Below, piece after piece: positions 1 through 12,303 of a stretch of 64,000 nt of DNA. Both the position numbers and the translations under genes were made by a program. The notes beneath the pieces were generated by a model. The model did not search any database. It was not told the DNA's origin and saw nothing but the letters and a program-made list of their open reading frames with translations. Origin of the DNA: Alloascoidea hylecoeti. Its lineage: Eukaryota. The stretch's first letter is position 1; each line of letters opens with the position of its first letter. The DNA is taken from positions 9,532-73,531 of the forward strand of contig BCKZ01000005.1 of assembly GCA_001600815.1 (NCBI GenBank), read 5' to 3'.

Positions 1-43
1 TAAAATAAGGAAGTTAGATTTCAAATAAGTATTAAAAGTATTT

Positions 44-1706
44 TTAATTCATGATTTTATTTATGAATAAATTATATTGGTTGTGTTCCAGATTTTTTGT
101 AAGTTGGTCTGCAACGTTTTCACTTGTTTGAATATAATAAAGTTTTATGTTTCCATTTTCCACCAATTGTCTAGTAAAGAAATACTTAATTTCAATATGC
201 TTATTTCTACCAATGCTATGTGTTCCCATCATAAGTGCTGATTGATTGTCATTAACTATTTTGAGAGGATTAACAGCTATATTAAGTTCATTAAGTAGAT
301 TCCTCATATATAGGGCATGACGAGTTCCATAACAAACTGCAGTTAATTCACTTTTGCTATCAGCCCAAGTGGCATCAGTTACTGTTGTTATTGTGATTTT
401 ATCATTTAACTTGATTATGTCAACTTCTTTTTCTTTCATGAAATCTGGTTCAATAACTTTAACCTTTAATACATCTTCTTTTTTATAATCATTTCCTTCA
501 AATTTACTCGCAATTGCAAAGTTTAGAATCTTCTTGGCTTGTTTAAGATTTCCTAATGTTGGTGATTTCAACTTCCTTGTTGATAGATTTGTTGGGTAAC
601 ATAAGCTCACTCTGATAGTTGAGGTACAATATGTGAGTATTCCTATAAGCTTCTGGTATTCAGTAATTAATTCATTAGATAATAATTCAGTATCATCATT
701 GCTGATATCATAAGTAGTAGACATAGGTGTTTTTGATTTAAAAGATGTAACAGTATTATTTTCTTTCTGAATTTTGCTTAAGTAGTCACTTAAATCCAAA
801 TGTAAAGTTCCCTCCTTTTTAGTGATACTTATGCCTAAAAATGTTTTTGGATAATTCATCACTTTAACACTGAAGAAGAGTTGAAGTTTTTGTAAAATAT
901 CTTTAACATCATGTGGACTACCAAATACCAGACCATCATCTACGTAAAGTAGGATTTTTATTTTCCCATTAAAGAAAACACATGGCTCTATGATGGTGTT
1001 ATTTAAACCAAATTGCAACATCTCTTTCATCTTATTGTAAAAATTAAGTGGCTGGTGTAAACCATATAGTGATTTTTGTAGATTTCAAATATGATTCTTA
1101 GGTATAAAGAGTCCTGGTAGTGGTTGTGCCATAATATTTTCTGATAAATTCACTGAAAGGAAAGCTGTACGAATATCAAATTGGCATATAGTATCTGATG
1201 GATGATTGTTGACGCTAAGGGCAAGTAAAGTACGTCATGAGTCATATGAAGAAACAAGTGCGTAGGTTTTGAGAAAATTGCGGCAATGTACCTGAGAGTA
1301 ACCTCTGGCGACAATACGGCCCTTATACCTCTTACAGTCACACTCATTCTTGATATTGAACACCCATTTCGTTTGTATGAAGTCCTTGGTAGAAGTAGTG
1401 GAAGTATTTGAAGGCAAGATCCATAACATTATTATTTGAATCCAAACTCTTAAATTCACCATCCATCGTTGCAAGCCATTCGTCCTTGTGGGTGGATTTG
1501 AGAACATCTGAATAGGTCTTGGGAATGACTTCACTGTTGTTGGCCATTAAAAGCATAGATTCATCTGAGGTTTCAGTTGTAAAATAGTGAGATAAAGACT
1601 TGTCTAACATGTCGTGTGGATCAGGACTTTGACGTTTTGTATTGAGTGTCCATTCTCTGTTCCTAGGTACCAGTTGTTGTTCCAGATCAGCCAAACTATC
1701 TTCCAT
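44..1706 (-). mobile_element. Degenerate Ty1/copia LTR-retrotransposon pol (RT + RNase H), frameshifted, 5'-truncated
   Basis: Successive frames give copia RT motifs (PKTYSDVL..EWLATMDGEFKSL, KWVFNIK..YKGRIVARGYSQ, KSLYGL, LLYVDDGLV) and RNase H motifs (TDATWAD, DNQSA, NKHIEIKYFF, ENVADQLTK). These are broken by stops, frameshifts and an internal RNase H deletion. No gag, integrase or LTR seen. Confidence 0.9.
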
Positions 1707-2949
1707 AGAATTCTCTTAGTCACTTGTATTCTGAATTGCTTTAATTGTAGTTCCTTCATTTAATTTTGGATAAGTAGAAATGGATTCAAAGTTATCTTCA
1801 TCATCTGTTGAAATTATATTTAACAACACATGCAAATTAATAATATCCTATTTTATATAATCTATATAGTGAAAAAGTAATATAAAAGGAGAAGAAATCC
1901 TCCTCTGGATTTCTTTCTCCATCCTTTATCTTATTTATAGTTTTTACAAATTAAAATTTAAAGTTTTTTAAATACTCCTCCTGTTAAAGGTTTTGATCCA
2001 TATGAAGACTCTCCATTGTTGAATGAGAAGGATCATAAGAATTCAAAGTATGGTAGTAGGTGTTATCAACTTCACTTCAAATACTTGCAGACTAGATATC
2101 TCTTTCAGTGCTTCTTTATTATTCAAATTCTTAACCAATGCTATTCGATTCTTATTTTTATTTATTGTTGTATAAATATGGTGATAATACACTCCTATAG
2201 ACGGTCAAGATAGCTATCCCAAAAATCCTATTAATAACGAGCACGCTTTTGGAGCTTCAACAAAAGTTTTATCGCAGAGAGAATTACGGTTAGGAGCCTT
2301 CCGCGTGGAGCCAAAATGAAGAAAGATTTATTTTGAGTCTCGTTCGAAATATTGGGACTCCGTGCTGCATACGTAGAGAAGCAGCCGTTTCAATGTCTTA
2401 GCATTACATACTAGATTGTAAATTTTATTTTATAGGCCTATATAATGTAATCTCTTGTATCTAGGAAAATTAGGGAGTTGATAATACGAACTACGTATAC
2501 TTTAAGAACAGTTTAAGGTCCTTTAGGGAGTATTTAGTGGCTAGTCATATGTAATATTGCCATTATTTTTGGAGGGTGTTCAATGCTTATTTTAGATATA
2601 TGTTAAAATTATTTCTCGTTTTTCCTGCATTTGGAATATAGAATCGACATAATTGTTTAATATTCATCATTCATTCCGTTTGGGTAACTAAGGTATAGTA
2701 CTAATGGATGACTAAATCCTCTCTAGATTTAATTCTTAATTTTTAAAAAAGTCTCATTTACGTTCACACGAATCATTCCTTATGTAAGGTCCCAAAACTC
2801 TTGGATTTCTTGTATGCTCTACTTCCCGTTTACAATGTAAATCGAGCCACCGTTACTATTAATACATCACATTAATTTAAAATATTTTACTAATTTGGGT
2901 GTAAATTAAAACCAATTAACATTCCACATTTAATTTCAAACCGTTATAT

Positions 2950-4290
2950 TATAGTACTTTGCGTTACTTAATATCGACCACTTGTGTGTATTCGCCTACT
3001 CTTAAGTAAATATTCGCAAACCAGTTAATTTGACCATGTGATACATTAACATTCGACCACAATATGTGGTAAATATTGCACCACACTATGCCCCCAATAC
3101 TTGGCCAATTGTGTACCAGATATTAGGCAACGTATGCATAATGGTTCGACCACACATTAAATATTCGACCAGTTTTTCAATGTATTATTAGACTACATCA
3201 CGCATAAATATTCGGCCGCTGAACGCTTATTATACCTAAAAAAGGTATTAGTTATAAATTATTTCATGGAATAAAATCATGAACTAACTAATCTTATAAA
3301 AGATTAAAATTATTTAATCTATAATTATTTTTATTCTTGAGTTTACAGCTCAACTCCAATTACCAACACCGGAAATTCTTTCTCCACACTTTCAAACAAG
3401 CCACAACTTGAGGAAATATTCGACCACTTAATGCTAAATATTCGACCATGCCAACTACAATAATTGGCTACCATAAACTCATTTCCAATAAGTTAATAAC
3501 TGTGTTGTTCACCCTAAAATTGCATAATATAAAGTGAACCAAAAAAGTAAAACTTTTCATATGAGCTCATATAAGCTAAAATTTCTAGAACAGCATCTTC
3601 CCATTATTTGGATACTATACTTTACAATTAATTGTTATCCTGGATGATCCAAGATATAACGATATTTATGCTGTAATTATATAAGTTAAACCTGCTGCCA
3701 TGCCACTGAAATCTTCTCTAAATCTTTGGGAAAAGAAAATTTTTAATTGTTTGTTAATAAATAGATATCGATATATATAAAGATAAATAAAAGCTATACT
3801 GACTATATATCAAATAATTTTCAGTAGTAGATGTATCTGAATAAGAATATTATTGTGTAAAGATTTGATCAGCAAGTATAAGTATATTTCCTTTTTAAGT
3901 ATAGTTGGCTGAAAACTAATGTTAGGAAGTCGATTATTTTAGCCGAGATGGTCGAATACTTAGTGGGTTAAGAGGTCGAATATCTAATGTAAGAAGTGGT
4001 TGAACCTTTATGGATTACAATGCCGAATATATATATTCGAAGTGTAGCTGTATAGTTTGTGGAAATTATGATCTAATATTTACTACTTCATGTGGCCGAA
4101 TGTTAATGCACCGCACAGTCAAATTATTAGTTTAAGGTGTGGGCGAATATCTACTCGGGTCTCAAGGGTAGGTAAATATATATATAACCAATCCTTTATT
4201 TATGCCCTTTATATTTCTCAGAATATACATGTAGGCCAACAGGTGGCGTCGATATTAAATACATATAAGGTAATAATGCAAAGTATGTTA
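2950..4290. repeat. Long degenerate inverted repeat (left arm ~2950-3475, right arm ~3915-4290) made of AATATTCGACCA-like modules around an AT-rich core
   Basis: ATTCGACCA copies on + (e.g. 3051, 3163, 3418, 3440) and GGTCGAATA copies at ~3950 and ~3974. Blocks 3005-3078, 3120-3170 and 3415-3475 align to the reverse complements of 4075-4155, 3975-4030 and 3920-3985. Confidence 0.8.
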
Positions 4291-4392
4291 TTGTTGCCGT
4301 AATTTATATACCAGCTGTGTATATCTCATCATACTCAGACCCAAAAAGCAACACTGGGTTGAATGTGCAGCTGCTACAATCATATCATCAGC

Positions 4393-5519
4393 ATGGCTTC
4401 AAACAAACACACACTTCAGTCTTATCTAGTGATTCCACAGGCCCTCTCTACTGGGTTTGCTTCAAGACTTAGGAATGGCCAGACCTCATTGTTGATGTCA
4501 ACCTCTACCGTCAGAACAAATAAACGATCATCAAACATTGTTAGTTACGCCGAAATAGATGAAGATTTCGATGAGGATGATGAATTCTCTTCTGATGGTA
4601 GAATCACTCTAGATGGTTACAAAAAAATGACCCAAACTCAGACTGATGTCCAGGAAACTATAAAATCTGTTTTGGCCTCCAAGACCAACCATTTTTACGC
4701 GTAAGTCTACTTGTACCCAAATGCGTTATAATATTGATGTCAAACTAACAATTTACTCTATTTTATAGATCGCCGGAAAGTCTTAAGAAGGCAGCAGAAG
4801 AAGAAACCATAATGATTCCGATTAGAATACATTTAGAGGTTGATACTAATCGGGTAGTTGACTTTTTCTTTTGGAATCTTTCAGAAGAACTGATAACTCC
4901 CGAGCAGTTTGCTTCCATAATGTGTTCAGATTTGGACATTTCACCAGCATACATTTCACAAATAGCATCATCTATTAAGACACAAATAGCAGAATATAAG
5001 CATTTGGCTACAATTTCATTACCAGAAGGGACAGACTTACATGTTATAATCCATTTAAGTGTTAATCTTGACAAACAGCTTTACGAAGATAAATTTGAAT
5101 GGAACTTATCCGGAAAGTTGACACCACAAGAATTTTCCCAAATTGTAGTCGATGATTTAGGACTTTCAGCAGAGTTTTGTCCAGCGATTGCACATGCACT
5201 TCTAGAAGCGACACTAACCCTGAAAAAAGAAGCTGTGGCAGGTCATTTAGGCCAAGAGGTAGAAAACTTATCGGTATTGCATACACAGACAGGGTTGAGA
5301 ATGGATGCAGAATCTATCGGTGATGATTGGGTTCCAACTGTAGAAATATTATCACAGTGGGAGATGGACAAGAGGGAAATAGAACGGGAGCGAAATATTA
5401 GGAGGTTAAAACGAGAGAGCATGCGGATGGGAGATGTCAGTGAAGGTTTGGGGAAAAGAAGGAGTCGTAGGAGATATGATGAGGGCTCTCCAGTTTCAAG
5501 CCCAGGATATGGTTGGTAA
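4393..5519 (+). CDS. SFH1: RSC complex subunit Sfh1 (SNF5 family), 2 exons
   Basis: N-terminal QALSTGFASRL and VSYAE motifs; SNF5 repeats (IPIRIHLE..DFFFWNLSEELITPEQFA, EDKFEWNL); EIERERNIRRLKRE. Intron 4701-4768 (GTAAGT..ACTAAC..TAG) restores the frame. Confidence 0.9.
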
Positions 5520-5969
5520 ATATGTCTCCATCCAAATCGTTATGGGAAACATGTTTGTAAAGTTAATTATAAAACTTACATTTCACCAAGATACTGTCTT
5601 GAAGACTGTGTTTATTCTATTACTTACTATAGAAAGAAGCGAAAACTCACGCTTTTATTTTTTTCTTTGTATAGTTACAATTGTATGTATAATCATGTTT
5701 AAACTTGAGTAGCATTAAATTAAGTTTGATTTGATTTGATTTGAATAGAGATTTAGATATGCTGTGTTAATTATTAGATATGGTATGATAATATTTAAAT
5801 TGAAAAATTATGAGTAATGATTAATATATTAACAAGTTCATATTGAGATCAGATACCACTTTGTGGTGAATTGGATATTCTCGTTTTCACTTGTTGTAAT
5901 AGGAAGGGTGTACGCGTAAAGCTTGAGAGTTCACCACTTTTTCCATTAACAACTCCAACTCCATTAATT

Positions 5970-6541
5970 ATGTCTTCAGCTGAAATCCCTCCTGAACAGA
6001 TATCAGAGGAGGAACTGATGCAGTCGTTTTTGATTAAAAGATCATCACCACGGGAAATTATTGATCAAGACCAGTTGGCTGCTTTGTTAGGATCTCAAAA
6101 ATCTGATACTACTACGCGTCTTATTTATAATGCTATCATTAACCAACGTAAGCATACCAATAGAAAGGTTTCAAGGAATATTAAGCATAATTTAGACGAA
6201 ACAAATAAAATTCAAGCGACACCTCTTAAAGTTCCAAGAGTATGTTATTCCTTAAGTTTTTATATATTACTAGGCTATATGCTCATAATTCTTGATAGCT
6301 AAACACCACACACTCTACACAATTAGTGACAACGATCCACTTAATTGATAAATTGACCGATGAACTGGGAAAATACCAGAAAAAAATGGATCATGAAGCC
6401 TCTACGATTCTATCTACCGTTTCAAAGGAAATAGACGAGCTCAGTGATTTGAGATATGGACATCCCGACCTCGGAACATCAGTACAAGAAGCGGAAGAAT
6501 CTATTAATTCTCTGGAGGCGAGATTATCAAAGCGTTCATAA
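5970..6541 (+). CDS. NKP2: Inner kinetochore Cnl2/Nkp2-family protein, 2 exons
   Basis: SFLI..SSPREII, LIYNAIINQR..VSRNI and C-terminal ELSDLRYG match the Cnl2/NKP2 pattern. Intron 6240-6298 (GTATGT..TAG) joins the two ORFs in frame. Confidence 0.7.
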
Positions 6542-6564
6542 TTTTCTAACGAACTATAATTATA

Positions 6565-7753
6565 TTATACATTCAGAGTTTCTGGTACATTACACACCTC
6601 AAGTTCTCCATCAATCCATTTAAACACCTCAAAATCCCAGTTTAACATTTTATTGTTATGAATGCCATATCCCGCTCCGCTACTTGGTTCCAAAGCACCT
6701 GTTTTAGGTGAAGATTTAATATATATCAAACGGGATATTCTGGAATGTACTAAAGCCATAGCGCACATCGCACATGGCTCATGAGTGGTATACACATGAA
6801 GGTTATGACATAAATAATTGCGACTTTCGTTTTCTTAATAAGAATGTTGTTTTAGTATAGTAATGAATTTGTTTTAGGGAATAATTATTTTTAGCTTACC
6901 TATTCCTGAACTTCTTCTCTCCACCTCTTTCTTGGCCATATCAGAAATACATATCATGATACTGTGATTCAAAGGGCTAGAATTAAATCTTTTGTCTGTT
7001 GATACCGTTAACACATTATCCGTTAGAGGATCTACAATCATTGTACAGATTGGTAGCTGTTAAGAGTTAGTTTTAACAATATCATTGTTTTTTTTTCTAT
7101 TGTAGGAAAACTTACTTGGTTAGGATTAGCCTTTGATAATTCCACAGCTTCTATAAGTCGTTTTTGAACATTTCCATAATTTATTTCTAATGTAGATAGA
7201 GTTCTAAGAGTTGGATTCCCTCGCCACATTATAGGCCAATATTTTTTAGACCATTCCAAAGATTCTTCTTTCGTTTTAGGAGGGTATAGAGGGACAGACC
7301 GCTTTTCAATCTGTAAATTGGGGTCGAATTTATCCATAAAATATTTCATTTCCTCCATTTTAGACATACAGCCAGCAGAACATATAACAAATCGTAGTAA
7401 GGTCTTAGGTTGACTTGAATCATCTGTGATCTTTACAAGCTTTCGAATGTGCGATAAATCGATGGGATCAACAGGGCAATTTGCTTTCACATAACTAATA
7501 ATAAAGTCAGACTTTAATTCGCACAATGAATTTTTTTTTTTTGAGAACTTACTTTATATACAACTGTGACTTTTGGGCAATAATTACAGTGGTCCAAACG
7601 TCAGCTAATGAATATTAATATTATATCTAAGCGTACTCAAGAACGTTTTGGTAACATACTTAATTGGAGGTGCCTTTTTTCAAAGGTAGATTTTATCTGC
7701 AACAAACAATTCCCTAATATATTCCCTTTAACATCATCTAGAACTATAGACAT
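6565..7753 (-). CDS. TAD3: tRNA adenosine-34 deaminase subunit Tad3, ~5 exons
   Basis: DLSHIRKL, EWSKKYWPIMWRGNP, PLNHSIM, YLCHNLHVYTTHEPCAMCAMALVHSRI..LNWDFEVF. Introns ~7605-7659, 7495-7552, 7057-7115 and 6834-6899. Confidence 0.9.
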
Positions 7754-7939
7754 TCTGAATCCAAAAAAAGTTGATATAGTATGACAGAGTCTTTTAGCTA
7801 TAAATGAAGTTATGCTCATTTATAATGGTGTTATGAAATTTTATCTACATGAGAAAATTACCCTGCAAATGTCTTATTAAATAGCTTTCAACTCTAAAAA
7901 ATTTGGGATAGAAGTACTAAAACTATAAACTTATAATCA

Positions 7940-10432
7940 TTATCCTCTTGCTTGACTCATAGCCTTTAAAGATAGTTTCAAATTTTCAGCATCTTTCAGC
8001 TTTCTTTGACGTTCCACTTCTTCGAAGCCACCCGATTTTTTCAGTTTACCACCACCCACAAATTCAGTTAACTCCTCTTCAAATTCATCAATCCTGTTAT
8101 CCAACTCTTTCTTACGTAGCTTCTCTGCTCTCTCGATAGCTTCTACTCTACTTTGATGATTTGGCCGTAGAGATGATACTTCTATCAATAAAGCATTTTT
8201 AACATCTGAAGCATCGTGCCCTGGTTCAAGTAAAGGTAGAATAACAGGTTGCTTTGGCGCAGATGCATTAAACTGTTCACAACATTGTTCTACTAATGCA
8301 AATGTCTCCAGTGCTTTTTCTAAATCATCCTGTAAATCTTGAACCAAATCTTCTTGTAGATTGAAAAATTGTTGTTCTTCACAAACCGTATCTAATTCTT
8401 TTTCCCATATTTTTTTCCAGGATGGTTTTTCACGTTCAATATATGAACTCATTTCAGCTAGTTCAGATTGAGCATAATGAATATTTTTTGCAACTTTAGA
8501 CATCTGCTTTTCTGCTGGTCTAACACCACGTTGAGCAACATCCTTCCTTAAAGATTCAACAATATCTTGAATATCATCGACCGTTGATAAAAGAATATCA
8601 GAGTCTTTTGATAATTTAACATGACTACTATCCATATGTGCACGATCAGAGAATTTACCTAAAGGCATATTATCTAAAGTTTTAAGCTCTTTGAATTTGG
8701 TTACAATTTCAGAAATGGCAGTTTTAGTAAAATTAGAATTATCATTGTTGATTTGCCGCATAATAGCCAATTCCCTTTTACAATTTAATAGTTCCTCTTC
8801 TAATTTTTTGACATCATCTGTAGCCAATGAAGAATCTGAGGTATGAGGTTTTTCATCACTACCATTAATTTCTGGATTTTCTTTTGTATCTATTATCTCT
8901 TTTGAATTTTCATTTGCGTTATTAACATCAATCGTAGGAACACTAACAGTCGGAGGTCTTAATTTTGGTTCTAGTTGTGTAACTGTTTCATTTAGTTTTG
9001 ATGGCAATTCTTCTTCTAAAGTTCCAATTTTAGACATAATATTACTTTCCATTTCTGATATTTTCGTAGAAAATAAAGATAATTTTGATTCCAGATTTCT
9101 CATTTGTTTAGAACCAGAATCTTCTTCATGTAAAACTAATAATGTCTTATCACTTAACTCTCTAAGCTCATTTTCTTCTAATTCATACTGTACACCAGAT
9201 TGTGAATCCATAATATATATATCTGGAAAATCTTGATCTGCTGGTGAATAAGTAAATTTATTTACAAAAAGAAGTCTCAGTGAAGCGAGTGTAATATCAG
9301 ATAATTGAACATCTACTTTTTTAACCCTTTCGCCTATTTTTAAAAATATAGATCTACTTCCATCATCAGGTTTATCTATAGGAGGTTTGTCAGGTGGGGT
9401 TTGTTGTGCTTTTACTGGGGCAATGGTCCCATTAGTTTCAGTTATTTGCTTAAGTTTCTCACGTGGTGGTGTATCTTGATCAGGTTGTTGTAATCTTGAA
9501 TCTGATCTTGCTATTGGGACAACTCTATCATTCGAAGTTAGCCTTGCGTATTGATAGGCGGAAAATCGACGGGATGCACGACGCTTCAAACTATCCCCAT
9601 TTTGTAGCTCTTTTAGCGGATCTTTAAGTTTCGAGACAGAAAGTAAATTATTTTTATCAGGATTGACTATTTTCGAAGATCTAAAAGGTTCAATGGGTGT
9701 TGCTTTATTTGGAACAGGTGGTCTGGAATGAGGTAGGCTGTTTGGAGGAGGGGAATGTTGTGGCACCACATTCACAATAGGGGGACTTATCCTCGGACCT
9801 CTAGGTCTAGAGACAGTGGAAGGGAGTTCTGCAGACATTACGCGTTCCTGAGGTATAGGATTACTGATTTGATGGGCTTGAGGAATCGGAGTTGAGGAGT
9901 GAGTCTCTCTAAACCTGCGGACCCCAGTTTGCTTCTTCTTTAAACTTTGAAGAAGACCAACAATGATTTCTCTGATATTAGGAAGATATTTATCCAAATT
10001 CTCCTGGGAGGGCACCTCACATAATGCCTCTTCCAGAACAGTTCGTAAAGCCTGAGGGACATCGCCCAAATCACTACAGAATAAGTCGTGAGTATATGAA
10101 TAGAGGTTATGAGATAAGAATAGATATAGTTACATACCTCACTTCCACACCAGCATTGGTAAAAGCTCTACAAGCCATCTTGAACTCATTTCCTAGCTGA
10201 ACATAGGCATCGGATACATCACTATCAGAAGCTTCTCGTTTTGCCCAGCGAGTTAGGCTTTCAAGCAACCGTTTGGTGGCTACTAGTAAATGTGTAACAC
10301 TGGAATCGATGGTGTTTAGCTGTTGGACAGTTTCATTAGTAACGGCAAAGGCAAAAAAGACACATAAACAGGGCATACCGTCTGACTCGAGTTGGAACGG
10401 GATACGGGCCTTGTTGACGAAGGAGGAGACAT
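7940..10432 (-). CDS. BUD6: Actin-interacting polarisome protein Bud6/Aip3, 3 exons
   Basis: IDSSVTHLLVATKRLLESLT..SDAYVQLGNEF, LRRASRRFS-like motif, LRKDVAQRGVRP, KPSWKKIWEKELDTVCEEQQF. Introns 10320-10378 and 10074-10137. Confidence 0.93.
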
Positions 10433-10487
10433 GTGGATTGGCAGACTAGATGGTCACTACTAAGCTAATAAAGCACCATACATGGGA

Positions 10488-10495
10488 TTACCCGG
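10488..10495. promoter_or_regulatory. Reb1-like site TTACCCGG upstream of BUD6; the same motif is upstream of BSD2 (32150-32157), between PP1 and PRP19 (44293-44300) and upstream of SHR3 (56974-56981, reverse)
   Basis: Exact TTACCCGG/CCGGGTAA recurs 55-85 bp upstream of several start codons in a low-GC background and matches the yeast Reb1 consensus TTACCCG. Confidence 0.6.
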
Positions 10496-10538
10496 ACACA
10501 CACAAACTTTTCACTGAATAAATACATTAAACTAAAAT

Positions 10539-12113
10539 CTAGTTCTGTGATCTTAAAACCTTCAACTCAGCTTCAAGCTTGTCTGCTTGCCTCTTGGCCT
10601 CCAACAAAACTGTAGTTACTTTTAGCAACGTCTCGAATTTAGCGCAAACTCTCCTCGTAGGCATTATGGGTCTTGTTGGAATATCAATTTCGGCTAAAAT
10701 ATTGTTTACTTTTGTCTGCACAGTATGTTTAAAAGTTGTGATCTTGCTTGACCTCAAGTAAACACCTGGTGCGAGTTTCTCATGATACACTATACCATAC
10801 GCTGCTTCTTCCTCTGGTGTCAGCTTCTTTGCTATAAGAGCAGCTGCTGGTGAAGAGGCAGCAGCAGATACTTTTCTACTCTCGCTTCGATTATTGGCAC
10901 GTACAGAACCCGAAGGTGTAGAACTCCTTGAACGACTAGATGTAGGAACACCTCGCCCCAACACAACTTCTCCAGTCTTTTTTCTTTTCGATTTATCTGT
11001 AGCCATAAGATTACTACACAGTTGTGCAATACCTTGACTTGTTGTATACTGAGAATATGGCCCATTGATTTGAGGGCTGTCCAGCAACCGCAAAAGAAAT
11101 GCCCTCTCGGCAAGGGTTTTTTTCGAAGCTGCTTCAAATTTACTTGCTTCGATTAAGAGAGATTCTTCTTCTGCAATTTCCGATGGGGTTCTTGCCAGTA
11201 AACGTTCAAGATATTTTTTCCTTGATTCTTCCCGTTCTATTATAAATTGTTAAAATAATAATTTCTCAAACATTTCATAACTGTTTTACTTACCTTTGTT
11301 AAATTCCAATCCCTTTCTTAATTCCTGATCGTGTGGTGACCATGGTTTCTGGTCTTGATGTTTTGAATCTAATATCTTTCTGCATACTGTATAAAATCTA
11401 TCCTTTAATCCCTCCATTGTTCGAATTTGTTTAACAGTTGATGAATCGGTAGGTTTAAAATTATATCTGTCAAATATAATAATCCAGCGTAAATCAAAAT
11501 CAGAACAAATATCAAACAAATATCGCGTTTCTTCATATGACCAATCTGAATCTACAAGAAATTGTTTATATTCATCTTCTGTAAAGTCTGGAATTTCAAG
11601 GGATTTGTTGTATTTTTCAAAAGAAGTTTCTGTTTTAAATTATTAATAAAATTGAAACCGTTTTCAAAAATCAAATATACATCATATATCATACCTTCAT
11701 TTGCTCCAGCCTTATCTTGAACCCAATGGTGGAAAACAAGATCATCTTTTCTGGCTTTGTTTGTAAACTCTTTCCACACCCTAAGATGTTTTGATGATTA
11801 GAATGATATGATTTTAAAACGAGGAGGGTTCAAAACTTACCAAGGAGAAGGTTTATGAACCAACTTCAGTCGTTCCTTGAATTTATTTCTACTGATATTT
11901 ATAGGCGGCGTACTTTCACCTAGTAGCGAATATAACTCTCTTTGTAGACCATCTAAATAATGTTAGTTAAGGTGACGATAAGACTGATTAAAACTAATCC
12001 TTACCAAGTTTACGAGTTGGACCCACTTTCTGCTTTTTCTTAGGATTAGAAGACTCCGCAGGAGAGTGTGTCCGTATGTTGAGAACGTCGAGAATATCAG
12101 AAGAAGAGGACAT
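10539..12113 (-). CDS. SWC4: SWR1/NuA4 subunit Swc4/Eaf2 (DMAP1 SANT), ~5 exons
   Basis: MSSSSDILDVLNI, GLQRELYSLLGE, W..FTNKARKDDLVFHHW, WSYEETRYLFD..FDLRWIIIFDRY, RKKYLERLLART, GVYLRSSKI. Confidence 0.9.
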
Positions 12114-12303
12114 TTGAATATAAATATAAGAGAAGGTTGAAATTGTTTAGCAGAATACCCTTTTTCGTTGATGATGTTATTTACTCGGTAGGAGGATTAC
12201 GCAGACACCTGTTAGTGTTTTATTTCATGGTCATCATCACCATCAAAAGATCCGACTGAACTCTCCAAAAACACAGAATCATCATCAATTATAATATCAC
12301 AAG

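Noticed and set aside
1888..1920. Hairpin GGAGAAGAAATCC..GGATTTCTTTCTCC near the copia remnant
   Set aside because: Isolated short imperfect palindrome with no LTR, PBS or other supporting context.
2970..3470. ATTCGACCA repeats with variable spacers as a CRISPR-like array
   Set aside because: Eukaryotic context; repeats are short and degenerate, spacing is irregular, the spacers are mirrored in the opposite arm, and there are no cas genes.
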